Shown: positions 32,628 through 45,713 of the stretch, piece by piece
Position numbering within the stretch: position 1 is the first letter of the stretch
Layout: each line of letters opens with the position of its first letter
NCBI GenBank assembly: GCA_025558095.1
Contig: JAIVFI010000014.1
Location: 186,001-250,000 of the forward strand
DNA: 64,000 bases
Direction: 5' to 3'
DNA from: Hyaloraphidium curvatum SAG 235-1
Taxonomy: Eukaryota; Fungi; Monoblepharomycota
Notes under the pieces: model-generated
Database searches by the model: none
The model's input: only the letters and a program-made list of their open reading frames with translations
What the model was told of the DNA's origin: nothing
Position numbers and translations under genes: made by a program

Positions 32628-34890
32628 TCAGACATTTCCAACGGTTTTGGAGTAGGTGGGCACCGATTTGGACGCCCGCTTGGCCTTGCCCATGACCTGC
32701 TCCACGGCAGCCGCAGCAGCCTCGGCCTCGGCGTTGCGGCGCTTTCTCCGCAGCACCAGCAGGGTGATGAGGCCGGCGATCGCCGCTCCGACGACCGCCC
32801 CCATGGCAGCGATGCCGGCGATCGCCCCCGTCGAGAGCGAGCTCGAGGTCCTGAAGGTCGTTACCGTGCCATCCTTAGAGACTTGCATGTTTTCCGGCAC
32901 CTGGATCGTCACCGGCGAGGTCTGCACCTCCTTTTCGTCCACCGAAACGGCGCGGATCTCGGGCACGTTCGCGTCGCGGTACATCAGGCGCCGGCGGCGC
33001 TGCCCGTTGAAGTTCTGGGTGTCGTCGGCGTACATGCGCAGCAGGATGGTGATGGTGTAGGCGAGCGCGAGGTTGCGATCGTTGGGCATCGAGATCATGT
33101 AGTCGCCGCGGGAGCCGACGGTGCCAAAGCTGGATTGGACGCTCGAGTACAGCTTGATGTTCGGGGTAAAGGAGGTGCGGATGCTCCATTGCCGGTCGCT
33201 GTCGGACGGCGTGATGCTTCGCACGAAGTTGACGTTCTCGCCGACGGTAGTCCTGACGCCGGCGGAGCCCGAGGCGGTGGCGGTCGCAGCAGCGGGAGTA
33301 AGAAGGCTCCAGTAGCCGGTGAGATCGCCGCGGCTGACGCGGTACTCCTTGACGGCGACGGCCGAGAGCTGCTTGGGGTTCGTGAAGGCACCGTTCGCTT
33401 CGATGGTCTGGCCGATGGTACGCGACGTTCTGAAGGGCAAAAGCAAGATCAATTGGGACGACTGTGCATCCATTTGGCGAATGTAACTCACTGCACGACG
33501 TCGAAAGGCGGGCTCCAGGTGATTGGCAGGTTCGACGACGCCGACTTGCAAAAGTCGATGTCGCCGGCGAGCGTGAACTTGCCGACATCCGCGAGGCTCA
33601 GCGATTCGGCCAAGGAGACGTTGCAAATGGACACTGAGCCGTTGTTGTACAGGCAGCCCAGAATGATGTCGAACTGGTACGGTGTAGCCGATGCGATGCT
33701 GCAGGAATCCGGCGTTGAGCCATCCGTCGGCTTCCAAGTGAACTTGAGAATGCCGCTCATGTAGCACTGGTCGCCCGTCTCCGAGCAGGGTGCAGATCCG
33801 CCCGATTGGTGCTGCCCGTCTTCGCCGTTGACGTACGTGTTCGTCCATGCATGCGACGGGTAGGCATCGAGGTCGAGGCCGGCGTATAGCCCTTGGCCGT
33901 CCTCCTTGAGGATATTATACTGCGGCGTTGCCAGCTGCTCCTCCGCGAAGTAGGCGTAATAAGGCCTGGAGGAGGGGGACGCATGCAGTCAGCAGTTGGG
34001 TGGAAGAAGTTCGCAATCACACGCACCAGTTTGTGCTCAGCTGGTAGGCAATGCTAGCTTCGACGAGACCGGCTTCGCTCTTGGAGTACGTCAGGCTGGA
34101 GACCTTGAAGTCGTAGTTGTATGGGATCTCGGTGTTGTTGGTCATCGGGGATGACATGTTGCTCTGACCCGGCGTCTGGGAATCGACGGACGCCGATCGG
34201 CGATCAGGAGAACAGCGTGTTAAAGGAGCTGGCACGGCCAACCTGAAAAGTGACGTCGAAAAAAAGCGAAGTGTTGGCCATGTACGGAGTGGATGTGGTG
34301 AAGTTGGCGTAATCTTCCCACCACACGAATACGCGGCCGTCGTAACGAATGTACGTCTGACCGTTGCCCGTGTCATTTTGGGTCTGGAGGAAGCCGCAGT
34401 TGTCCATGGTGGCGTTCCGGAAGTCCTCCCAGCCAAACTGGTATTTGTGCACGAAGTAGCAAGTGCTTGCCGCTCCGTCAGCCGCTGGGTCCGTCAGATC
34501 CTGGCCCGAGTACACGCTGACGCCAGAGGGAATCGATGAGAACTGGAAGCGGTCCCACTCGCGCCGGCATCCGGCGGGTCGGTTGTTCGAAACGGCGGCA
34601 TCGTACGTGGTAGTATTGGGATCCGAGAGCTGAATGACCAGCTTCCGGGTGAACGCATCGTTGGTGACAGGACCGACGCCGGGAAACGATTGCACGTAAA
34701 TTTCGATGCTGTCCAGAACGTCGTTGATGAGAAAGGGATAGCCCGGGGCCGGCGGCGTCAGAAGGAGGGGCCCAATCAAAGTCACAAGAGAACCGTCGGC
34801 GTCCGGGCCGGGGTGGGCCATATCGGCGCAAGTGGAGAGCGCGCCGGCTGCGGGGTGGATAGCGAGCGCGAGGAGAAGAAGGAGAGCCAT
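32628..34890 (-). CDS. Secreted single-pass type I membrane protein, multi-exon
   Basis: Signal MALLLLLALAIHPAAGA; Cys-containing beta-rich ectodomain; RRRRL site; TM LSTGAIAGIAAMGAVVGAAIAGLITLLVL followed by RRKRR. Confidence 0.75.
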
Positions 34891-35790
34891 GGCGGGGCCG
34901 CGCAGGACGGTGTGGGCTCTATGGGGCGGGGCGCGTGCGGCCGCGCGGCCGCTGCACGGCGCCATAACGCCTCGCGCCGATCAAATGTCTGTGCTGAACG
35001 CGTCGGAAGGCTACCCAGAGCTAGCCTGCGGAATCTTCGGTCGGTGGCGGTTTTGGGATCGGTGCGTCCTCGGACGTCATCAAGGGGCGGGTTCGTCAGC
35101 GGCCGGCGGCGCCATGACTAAACTCAAGTGACGGCATGCCGACCGCAGCAGCTCCACTACCCCCGGAGAGATGCCAAATCTCTTCAATTGGAAATCCGGT
35201 GGGCATCTGCGGCTCCCTGGGGCAGGAGGAGCAGCCAGAAGCCGGATCCCCGGCACGGGATGCTGCGCTTATGTCATCCGCAGGACACTTCGAGGGTCGG
35301 TCGTCCGGTCGTTCCCGGCCCGAGCCACCAACCGAATGGCAACACAACGGTACAGCCAGAGCTTTGCGCCGCGCCACATCGTTCGATAGTGGACTTCTTC
35401 CATTGACGAAGGACTCTCCAGGCTCGAAACGAACGGTGGCGTCGGCCAAAGTGCAGGGCGGCAATTGCACGACACTGCAGCTTTCGCGCCACCAAAAGGG
35501 TAGTTGGGTGTCGCGACCACCTGCGAGACGAGCTCTATCTTCTGGAGGGGACGGAACGAACGGGGCGGGTACTCATAGGTCATGTCATCCCTCCAATGAG
35601 GGATCTCGAAGAGCATAGCCAGGGGACACCGAGGCTTGATCTTGAGAGCTAGAAAGTTGGCGGCGAAGCTTTTCCTCCTGATTGATTACTTCTCTGCGTG
35701 ACTCGGGTTACTCGTGTGGCAGCTGCCCGACTCGGCCCATTGGCCCAATTGGTCACGAAAAGGGGTCCTGGGCTGCCTGGCCTGCCTTCA

Positions 35791-37732
35791 ATGTCCCGCC
35801 GCAAAAGCCCCGGTGCCGTCGACGGCGCGTCGATAGACCAGCAGGACGACGCGGTGCCCGACCGCGATGCCGCGGACGCGTCGGAACGCGAGCGCGGTTT
35901 CCTCGCCAAGTGCTTCTCCCCGACCTCGCCCTACATCTCCGTCCTCGTCTTCGGGACGATCGTCAAACTCTTGCTGATCCCCGCGTACTCGTCGACGGAC
36001 TTTGAGGTCCACCGCAATTGGTTGGCCCTGACACGCGCGCTACCGCTCGGGCGCTGGTACACGGAGGCCACGTCGCAATGGACGCTCGACTACCCTCCCT
36101 TCTTTGCCTGGTTCGAATGGGCACTGGCAAAGATTGCCGAGGCCGTTTCCGCCGCCGGAACGCGCTTTGGCAGGCCGTTGGACGCGTCCATCTTCGGGAT
36201 CAGCGCGGAGCCGCTCATGTCCTGGGACATTCTGCTGTTCCAGCGGCTTACTGTCATTGCGACCGACGTCGTCTATTGGACCGCGGTCGTCAGGCTCTTT
36301 ACGAACCCCTCCCTCTTCCCGGGGATTAGCACTCTTCACAGCCAGATCATGGTCGGCATCGCGTTCCTCAACCCTGGCCTCCTCATGGTGGACCACATTC
36401 ACTTCCAGTACAACGGCTTCCTCTTCGGAATCCTGTGTTGGTCGATTGCCATGGTCGCAGAGGGGCGAGAACTCGTGGCGGCGGCCCTGTTTGCCGCCCT
36501 GCTCAACTTCAAGCATATCTACCTTTACATTGCCCCGGCGTACTTTGTCTACCTGCTGCGGGGATATTGCTTCCGAAAGGATGCTCGGACGGGGCGAGAA
36601 TCGTTCGATCTCGTCCGATTGGTTGCTCTCGGGCTCGTCGTCATTTCCGTCTTTGCTTTGTCTTTCGCACCATTTGCTCTCATAGCCGTGCGCGACCGTG
36701 AACCAAAGAGCTCCGTTACCGAAGCTGTGACGGGCGCACTGGGTGCCATCGCCGGCCGCCTCTTCCCTTTCAAGCGCGGCCTCGTGCACGCGTACTGGGC
36801 CGGCAACTTTTGGGCGCTGTACGTGTTCCTGGATCGCGTGCTGGCTTTCGGCGGCAAGCTGCTCGGTTTCCCGATTGACATGTCGAGCGCGCAATCGGCG
36901 ACGAGGGGCCTGGTGGAGGACGTCTCTTTCGCGGTCCTGAAGGACGTGCGGCCGGGTCCGGCAGCTCTTCTTACCCTGTTGGCACAGATTGTGAGTCGGA
37001 ATCCGTTCATGGCTCTGCAGGAATCAAGCGCACCAGCTCACATTGGAGTGCTTCCTTTAGCCTTCGCTCGTGGTGCTCTGGAGGAAGCCCACGCGCGACC
37101 AGTTTATCAACGCGCTCATTCTCTGCGCGTACTCGAGCTTCTTGTTCGGCTGGCACGTTCACGAGAAGGCCGTGTTGCTCATGACTATCCCCTTTACGTG
37201 GGTACCTTTCCGTGCCCATCATTCCATGCTTGCTGAACCGGAACCGGTTCGCCGACTTCAGGCTGATTGCTTCCCGATCGGCGACCTACACCCGACTGTA
37301 CATGATCCTTTCCCTCGCAGGATACTACGGACTCTTCCCCCTGCTTTTCGGTGGAATGGAATGGCCCCTGAAGTGGAGCGTCTTCAGCTTGTGGACTGTG
37401 TTGTCGGGGCACGGACTCCGCTACATGTGGGTGTCCTCTCGTTTGGTCTGATCGCCGCCTCACCATGCTGGCTCAGACTCAGCAGCAACAAGCCTTCCTC
37501 CGGGCCGGTGAAGCTTTCGCCGGCAATGAAGCTGCTCACGGAAACGCTCCCGGGCATCTACTACTCGAGAACTTTCTTCATCGTCGCATTCGTGCTGCCT
37601 GTGCTCCAGTTTGCGGTCGATCGGGGCAAGAGGTTCGAGTTCCTCGATAACATGGTGACGAGCGTGTGGTGCGCTGCCGGGATCGTGCTCTCGTGGATCG
37701 GAATGTACGCCACTGTGCTGTCCGGTGCATGA
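35791..37732 (+). CDS. ALG8: Dolichyl-P-Glc alpha-1,3-glucosyltransferase
   Basis: STDFEVHRNWLALT, SQWTLDYPPFFAWFEW, VDHIHFQYNG, NFKHIY, RLFPFKRGLVHAYWA, FGWHVHEKA. Confidence 0.95.
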
Positions 37733-38033
37733 ATTGAGATTTCGAACTGTGATTGGTTTGAGCGGCGCAAGGTGAGAGGTCCCAGAAACTGCCGCCTCAG
37801 TCAGGCGCCGCCGGCTTCTCCCTCGTGGCGGACGGACTTGCGCAGCCGCACAGCAAACAACCGGCCCGTCCGTGGCTCGCAGCACCCGACCCTCGTAAGC
37901 AGTCTCTACCGCTTTTTGCCGCCCAAATCATTTCTCTGACGGGCGCTTGCGTTCGCTGCCGTCTCCGCTCAGGGTCTCCCAGAAACAGTGACACCGGTCT
38001 CTGAGCCCTCTGCCGACGAAGGCCCCACGAGCG

Positions 38034-40019
38034 ATGGCATCGAGCATTGACCCGCCCTCCGAGGCGGCCGCTTCCGCCGACGCCTGCTCCATCTGTCTGC
38101 AGGACCTCGAACGCCGTGGCGGGCGCCCTATCATCAACCCCGGCTGCGGGCACGAGCTTCACCTGGCGTGCTTCCACCAGCTCCTCCAGGCGAACCCTGC
38201 CGCCGCATGCCCCGTCTGTCGCAAGCCCCTCGGGGCCGGCGTTCCGAGCCAGGGCCTCCCGCAGACCTTCGTGCGCAACGTCGCCCCGGTCGCTCCGCCC
38301 CCCTTGCAAGCCCCGCAGCAGATGGCCATGCCGCGCCTCTTCCAAGGTCCGCAGCAGATTCGCAGCTTCGGATACGGAAACAGGGCCCGTACTCTCGACC
38401 ACGAGCGGGACTTTGCGGACACGCTGCCTTCCACCCACGACCCGGCCCTGGACGACCCCGTTGCCCCCGCGCCCGACGCTCACAGGCCCGCTGGCACGTA
38501 CGACTACTCGCAAATCGTGCGCCTGAAGCTCGACGCCGAGTCCGACCCGGTCACTGCCGAGGCCACCAAGCTCACGACCATGGTCTCGCTCACCGTTGGT
38601 CCGGATCCGAATGAGAGCGAAGACCGCAACGCAATCGATTTGGTGGTCGTCGTGGACAAGAGCGGCAGCATGTCTGGCTCCAAGATTACCCAGGTCAAGG
38701 ACACGCTGCGCTACATCCTCGAGACCCTCTCGCCTCTTGACCGCGTCAGCATCGTCCTGTTCGACTTCACGGCCAAGATGCTGTGCGGTCTTAAGCGGCT
38801 GACTCCCTCGGGCAAGGCCGAGCTCGGGCTCCTCATCAACAGGATCGACGCTGGCGGCGGCACAACCATCGCAGGCGGCCTGTCCCTCGCCCTGGACGTG
38901 GTTGAAAAGCGCCTGCAGAAGAACTCTAGCTCCGCGATCCTGCTTCTGTCGGACGGGCAAGACTCGCCGGGCAGCGGTGGTGCGGTGTCTCCGTACGAAA
39001 GGCTGAAGCAGAGGGCGCAGCTGGCCAGCTCGCCGGTCTTCTCCTACGGAATCGGAAACGACCATGACGCGAACTGCCTCACGACCCTGGCGTGCCAGGG
39101 GGGGACCTTTACTTTCGTCGACAACATGGAGATGGTCCGCAGTGCCTTTGCCGGAGCGATCGGAGCCCTCAAGGGCATCGCCGTCAAGGACTGCCTCCTC
39201 ACTCTGAAGCTGCCTGCGCAGCTCGGGGGCACGTTCAGCAAGGTGCTCAGCGGATACCCGGTCGAGCGGCAGGATGCCACCACCGTCGTGGTCAAGTTTG
39301 CCGATGCATACTACGAGGAGGAGAGGTGCGTGGAATGCTGCAACGATACTGGATTTCAATGCTAACGACTGCTTCCAATTAGGAACCTACTGGTCGAGAT
39401 CTCCCTCCCTGCGTGCAGGCCCGAGCGGCAGCAAATCCTTGAGTGCTCTGCCGATTACACCATCCTCGACACGAGTGCCGCGGCCGCCGCGTCGGCGACG
39501 CCGCTCAAAGTCGATCGCGTTGCTCCCGCGAACCTGCCGCAGCGCATCACAAAGAACGCCGAAGTGATGCGGCACAAGCTGAGGATCGAGGTCAGCGAAG
39601 CCATCCAGAGGGCGCTGCTCGTCGCAGACGACGAGAACGACCTTGTTCGGGCGCGCCGCATTCTAGCCGAGATGGAGACCGAGGTCCGCGCCTACCGGGA
39701 CACCATCGCGCCTTCCGAAATCACGCTGGCGGTGCCTGGCGCAGAGGCCGTTGGTTCCTCGTCGGCGAACCCTCCCGGCACATCAGCGGATCAGGAGCTT
39801 CTGGAGTTCGTCAACGCCATGCTTGCGGACCTGCGCCGCTGCGCGGAATCGTTCCAGTCGCGCGACAGCCTCGAGCAGGGCGGAAGGGGCTTCATCAGAT
39901 CTACGGTCTCCTCGAACCTCATGCAGCGCACGGTCACTTCGGAGATGCGGAGCGAGACGTCGAGGAACTACCAAAGCAAGAAGAGCAAGGTGTACTCCGA
40001 CCTGAGCAAGAAGGGTTAA
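38034..40019 (+). CDS. RING finger plus vWA domain protein with helical C-terminus
   Basis: CSIC...CGHELHLAC...CPVCR; MIDAS DKSGS, GGGTTI, LLSDG; intron at ~39326-39381. Confidence 0.88.
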
Positions 40020-40134
40020 GTCGGACAGAAGCTGAACCCGGCAGGCGGACACACAGACAAAACGAACATTCAAACAGCCAGCGCTTGAGCTATTTGCAGA
40101 GCTCGCAACATTGTAGATATGTGTCACTACATCA

Positions 40135-40887
40135 TCACTTGAGTTTCGCTCGCTGCTTGCGAACAAAACTTCCGTTTGCCTCCTTCCTGTCAGACTTCGA
40201 GCTGCCAGTAGGCTTTGTCCGGATGTCCAGAGTTTCGGCGCCGGCAGCCTCAAGAAAATCGTCCAAATCGAGGTTCTCGACGGTGGTCACGGTCGTCACC
40301 GAATGAGGTGTCCGGAACACCTTTACCGAGTCCTCCTTCGAGGCACGCTTCGAGGCCGAGCGCTTCCCATCCTTCTGCTTTCTTTTCGGCTGCGTTCCTT
40401 CGTCCTCAGAAGGTGCGCTTCCAAGGGCATCGCCGTCGTCCTGATCGTCGTCCTCCTCGAGCTCCTCGACGGGCCTCTTTCCGGCCACAACGTCCCGAAC
40501 CCGCTCGATTTTCTCCAGGACTTTTGCCGCCCGCCTTTCCTTGTCCCCTCTCCGCTCGCGGCGCTCCTCCTTCCGCTCGGCCTTTTCCCTCTCTTTTGCC
40601 CGCTCCTTCCTCGCGTTTGTCCTCTCAACCTTGCGCTTGTGGAACCCCGTCAGGAACTCGCGCCGGGAGCTTGAGTCGAACTCGATGCTCTTGGGCGCTT
40701 TGCGGCGCTTCCGCGGGGGCTCGGGCGCGAAGGCGGGGGCCTTGAACAGCGAGTCTTCCCGCACTGTCGGGAACTCAAAAATCTCCGCCGGGGGCCGGTT
40801 CGGGACCGAAACTGGGGGCGCAGAAGGCAGGGAAGAGGGGTCGAATATCGATTTCTTCGGCCGGACGGCCTTCCGCTGGCCGAACAT
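40135..40887 (-). CDS. RRP17: Nop25/Rrp17 (NOL12) rRNA-processing protein
   Basis: IEFDSSSRREFLTGFHKRKVER followed by a K/E/R coiled coil. Confidence 0.85.
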   Translation of the reverse strand: MFGQRKAVRPKKSIFDPSSLPSAPPVSVPNRPPAEIFEFPTVREDSLFKAPAFAPEPPRKRRKAPKSIEFDSSSRREFLTGFHKRKVERTNARKERAKEREKAERKEERRERRGDKERRAAKVLEKIERVRDVVAGKRPVEELEEDDDQDDGDALGSAPSEDEGTQPKRKQKDGKRSASKRASKEDSVKVFRTPHSVTTVTTVENLDLDDFLEAAGAETLDIRTKPTGSSKSDRKEANGSFVRKQRAKLK

Positions 40888-41025
40888 CGTGCGAGCAGGG
40901 ATGTTTACTTTACGGGAGCGGGTCGATCCGCAAGCGTCGAGCACCGGCGCTGCGCCAAACCTGCTTCGGATCTTCAAGCAACCAGACGGCTCTCTATACC
41001 GTTATTTCACTCTTTTGACGGAAAG

Positions 41026-42348
41026 ATGACCGGCTTAACTCGTGACCAAGCGTCGGAGCAGGAGCAGCCGCTGCTCGCCAGGCTGTTGGACGAAGTGAGC
41101 TTCCGGGACCGTCTTCGCGACAAGCTCTCATTCCGAGTTGTCCCAAAGGTCGTTTTACGTGCATTTGCCTTCCTCTCTCCGACAGAAGTTATCCGCGTTC
41201 GCCGCGTTTGCCGGCGCCTCGCGGGTTTGGGACACGATCCTGCTCTTTGGCATTCGCTTGTACTCGCGAAGAAAGGAACGGGCGGCTTCAACATCTCCGG
41301 CCTCGCGCTGCGGTCATTGATCGCAAACACGGCCAGGATAGCGGTCGAGCGTGACGGGCGGGGAATCACTTGCGTTGACGTGGACTCCACGCGGCTCTTC
41401 GATCCCGAGGATCCCATGCCCTGGTTCTTTGAAGCACTGCTTCGGCACCACGGCACGTTCTTGGAGCACATACACCTCCTTCATGGACCTCTGGATCCTT
41501 CTCTCCTGGTTGCGCCGTTCAAGGCTTCCAGCGGGCTGCCGAAGCTTCGGACGTTGCAGGTCACTGTCTCACTGAGCAACGCGGAGAGCTTCGCGGACCT
41601 CAACCGTGTGCTCAAGCTCGCGCTCCATAAGAGCCCCTGCCTCGAAGCGCTGGCGCTCCGGACGCGCTTCGGAACTGGCCTTCCAGCTCACCAGGACCTG
41701 CCCTGCCTGTTTGCCGACTGCTATTCCTGCCCCTCAATGCGCCGCTTGGACATCGACGGTTACCTTCTCGGCAATCCGCACGATGGCACCCCTTATTCCC
41801 GCGTGGTCGAGGACGGGTACGGACACATGAAGGCGTCCGTCCTCGCCAGAATCTTCCCCGGTCTGAGGATACTGAACGTTTCCTTCCCGTGGCGGTTCCG
41901 TGATCAAGAGCCCTGGCGCTTCACCCGGGATCCAGAGCTCTCTGCGGGCACGTGGTCCATGCAGCTGCCGCTGGAAAGCATCGGTTTCGGTATTACCTAC
42001 CTGCCCCGGCTGGTCACGCTGTCTCTGTGGCTGGACCGTCCGAGGAGAATACCGCTCGTTCTGGTCCACGCCTCCCAGCCCGGGGTTCTCCCATATTTGA
42101 GTCATCTGGAGATTCGCTCTCTCTCGTCCCGGCGCAATGATCCGGGGAATCAAAGCCTCGCCGCAGCTCTCGACCAGTTCTGGCAGATTCGCCGAAAGAC
42201 CCAAAGGTGGAAGCTCGTCAGGACCTACGATCCGCGTTCTTTCGAACGCGCGGTGATCGTTACCCTCAGTGAAGAGGAGATTTATATCTCCGTCGGACCT
42301 GGCACGCTGACTCCCCTTGGCAAGGCAGCAATTGAAGAGCGAGAGTAG
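41026..42348 (+). CDS. F-box protein with LRR-like C-terminus
   Basis: VPKVVLRAFAFLSPTEVIRVRRVCRRL...DPALW, followed by LxxLxL repeats. Confidence 0.75.
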   Translation: MTGLTRDQASEQEQPLLARLLDEVSFRDRLRDKLSFRVVPKVVLRAFAFLSPTEVIRVRRVCRRLAGLGHDPALWHSLVLAKKGTGGFNISGLALRSLIANTARIAVERDGRGITCVDVDSTRLFDPEDPMPWFFEALLRHHGTFLEHIHLLHGPLDPSLLVAPFKASSGLPKLRTLQVTVSLSNAESFADLNRVLKLALHKSPCLEALALRTRFGTGLPAHQDLPCLFADCYSCPSMRRLDIDGYLLGNPHDGTPYSRVVEDGYGHMKASVLARIFPGLRILNVSFPWRFRDQEPWRFTRDPELSAGTWSMQLPLESIGFGITYLPRLVTLSLWLDRPRRIPLVLVHASQPGVLPYLSHLEIRSLSSRRNDPGNQSLAAALDQFWQIRRKTQRWKLVRTYDPRSFERAVIVTLSEEEIYISVGPGTLTPLGKAAIEERE

Positions 42349-42375
42349 CGCGTATTCCCCAATGACCCAAGACAT

Positions 42376-44583
42376 TCACAGCACCAGCCCCTCGGGCCTC
42401 TCCACGACCCCCAGCGCCCTGACCACCTCGTCCCCACCCCCGACCTTGCTCGTCAGCACCGCCTTCACCACCTTGGGCCCTTTCGCATGCTTCCCCGGCC
42501 TGAGCCCCGCCATCTCGCTCGCATCGAACCGCGGCGCCGGCTTCCACTTGCCCGAGATCAGCCTCCGCACCGCGTCCTCGAGCGCAATGTCGGCGTCGCT
42601 TTCCGGGGGAGGAATGCCGCCGAAGGGGTCCTGCGGCAGCGGGTCGGCGCCGAGGACGTCGCGGAGGGGGTTGGAGGAGAGGCGCACGGAGGGGGGGGTG
42701 GGGGCGGTGGGGGAGCGGCCCTTGCTGGGCTCGGAGAATGAGAGGACGGCGTCGAGGCCGTCGGGGACAGCGGCGGGGGCGGGTCCGAGTGCGATACTAC
42801 GACGCAAGGGGGTGAGCGGGCCCGCGGAACGGAGAACAAGGAGAGAACGCACCCGACGCCGCCCGTCGGCTTTGCGCCGCCCTCGGCCTGCACTTTGGCG
42901 AGCCACCGCGCGATATCCTCGGCGCCCATGTGCGCGGCACCGGGGATGGACGCGGTGCCCTTGGGCGTGACCACCGCCGCGTCGGTGGTCTCGAGCGCGG
43001 TGCCCTGGAGCGCGCGCACGGCGGCAAAGACGAGGAGCGACTGGGTGGTGACCGAAGCCCCGAAGGATTCTGGCGACAGGATCCACGGTCAGAAACACGG
43101 ACGACTCCGGCCGCAGATATGGCACGAACCATTGAGCGCCAGCGCCGTCTCCTCCAACGCCGAAACGTCGAGCACCCTCTCGAACGTCCCCGGCCCCCCC
43201 GTGGGCACCTTCTTCTCCTTGGCCGGCTTGCCGGCCTTGCCCGCCGCCGGGGCAGCCTTGGCCTCGGGCGCCGCCGCGGGCTTGATCTTCCCGCTCTTCA
43301 CCCCCTCCACGTACGCCTCGACGTCGCCCTTGGTCAGGATCGGGTCGCCCCGCGGGGAATGGCCCGACGCGGGGATGGTCCGCGGGTCCAGGTGGTTCTC
43401 GGCGACCACGCGGCGCACGGCGGGGGTCAGGTGCGGCATGGGGCCGGTGGCGGGCTGCGCGGCGGCGGTAGCGGCGGCGCCGGGGGCGGGGGCGGGGGCG
43501 GCGGCGGGTTTGCTCGGGGCCGCGGCGGGCGGGTTCGCGGGGGCTGTGGCTGCGATGGTGAAGTCGGCGAAAGCGGGGACGAGCTCGGCGTCCTCCACGA
43601 TGATGCAGATGGGCTAAAGAGGCGTGACAAGATCAGCTAGAATGCTTGCATTGCCAGACTGTAAGACTCACCTGACCGGTGGGCACGTCCTTTGTCCCCG
43701 ACTCGACGAGCGCCTTTGCAAAGTACCCGTCGTCCCCGCTCTCAAAGTCCATCGTCGCCTTGTCCGTCTCAATCTCCACGAGCGGGTCGCCCGCCGACAC
43801 CTTGTCCCCGGGCTTCTTCTTCCACGTGCCCACGGAGCCGGTCTCCATCGTGGGGGAGAGCGCGGGGAGCGGGACCACGAGGTGGGGTGGGTACCGCTTT
43901 GCCGGGGCGGCCGGTGCGGGCGCCGCTGCGGGAGCAGGTGCTGCGGGTGCCGGCACGGAAGCTGCGGGTGCGGCGCCGCCGACGTCCGCGGCCGTGAACC
44001 CGGCAAATGCAGGCACGTCCCCCTCGCTCTCCACCAGGATCGCGATCGGCTCGCCGACCTTGACGTCCTTGGCGCCCTCCTCGAAGAGCAGCTTGGCGAT
44101 GTACCCCTCGTCGGGGTAGTCGAACCCGATGGAGGCCTTGTCGGTCTCGATCTCGGCGAGGAAGTCGCCGCCGTTGACCTTGTCGCCGACCTTCTTGTGC
44201 CACTTTGTGATCGTGCCTGCGGAACGTGCGCTCAACCATCTCGCTCTTTCAGGTGCAATGGACGCGCATACCGGTCTCCATCGTCGGGCTCAAGGCCGGC
44301 AGGTTGACGACGGTGTGCGGGGGGAACTCTGCTCCGCGCAATCAGCCCTCCGAACGCGCCATCGCTGCTCGCACGCACTCGTGGCATAGTTCCGCCTCGG
44401 CTGCGCGGCCGCCCGCGGGGCAACGGGCGCGGCGCGCGGGGCGGCGCGCGTCCACAATGTGCGCGGCGCGACATGGCCGGCGGCGAAGGCGCACGCGGCG
44501 GCGGGGCGGGGGAGCGCGGCGCCGCGCGGCCGCAGGGAGAGAGCGCGGAGCGCGGGGGGCGCGCGGGCCGGACGCGGGGGCAT
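42376..44583 (-). CDS. PDX1: Pyruvate dehydrogenase E3-binding protein X-like with two lipoyl domains, multi-exon
   Basis: Arg/Ala-rich mitochondrial presequence; [10 protein letters not shown]...EIETDKA twice; [26 protein letters not shown]...LTKGDV; no DHRxxDG acetyltransferase motif seen. Confidence 0.75.
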
Positions 44584-44829
44584 CGCGTCGGTGAGGTGGG
44601 CGCGTCAGGATGGAGGACCCGTGCCCTGCCGGTGTTTGCCCCAAGCTAGGATCAAGGCGAGATTGAGGGGAAAGAGTCCCGGAAACGAGGAAAAGAAAGA
44701 CGATTCTACTAGATGTGCCGCTCAGGTCGCTGATCGCCCGTTTCCCGCTGCTTCCGAGCTGGAACGACGCCCCGAGATGCTCCCCCGAAACCCCTGGCCC
44801 CGATCGACGCCGTCCCGCCGATCCAGGCA

Positions 44830-45407
44830 TCACCCCCTCCCGCCCTCCTTGGTCGCATCACCGAGCTCGGGCCGCATCTCCTCCCGGTTCGAGATGTCGC
44901 CCGCGGGGGCCTCGCGCGCGTCTTCCTCCTGCAGTTCCGCGATGGTCTCCTTCTGCAGCTCGCCGATATCGCCGTCGGGTTCCTGCAAAGGCAGGGGATG
45001 ACGGTAAGTGAAACGGATGGGAAAGTGCAGTGATACGTGCCCTGTCGGCCTTGACCTGTGGAGACGCCGAGCGTCGCGCGAGGCGGCCGTAGATCAGAAC
45101 ATCACCGGCAGCCCGACCACGACGCAGACACCCACCGCGGCCTCGCTGACGCTGGCCAGCTTCTCGTTCCACCCAGGTGCGTTCTTCAGGTGGCTCTTGA
45201 CCTCCCCCTGCCGTCCCCGCCCAGGAACAGTCCGGTTCACTTCTCGGCCCGCGCCTGCGGCGGCCAACCCACCTTCAACGTCCTCTCCTTCTCCTTCTCC
45301 CACACCTCCGGGTCCTGCGTCATGTGCGAGCCGAGCTGCACGCCGCGGCGGGCGGCGGGGAGCAGCAGCGACGGGCGGGGGAGCAGCGGGATGCGGGAGA
45401 GGTGCAT
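44830..45407 (-). CDS. Small mitochondrial-targeted protein (APGWNEKLASVSEAAVKADR), 4 exons
   Basis: Presequence MHLSRIPLLPRPSLLLPAARRG, then QDPEVWEKEKERTLK...ELQKETI. The motif resembles a small conserved fungal protein of unknown function. Confidence 0.65.
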
Positions 45408-45713
45408 GGCGGCGGCGGGCGGCGGGGACGGGAGCGATGCGGGCGGTGTGAGTTGAGGGGAGGTGGGCGGGAAGGGCTCCGTGGAGGGGCCGTTTGGGAA
45501 GGAGCGTGGAGTCGACTGGAGACCGATGACGGTGCGGCAGCGGGCGATTCGAAATCAACTTCTGCCTTCCACACTCCGCTCCCTGTCCCGACAGGAGCCT
45601 CATAAAACCAGCGACACGAGCGAGGTGCGGGCGGTGCCATGACTTTCCGAGCTACAGTTGACGGGGCAACCGCGATTCGTAGCGCCGCCGCCGTCTCGCT
45701 CTCGGTCGCTCCG

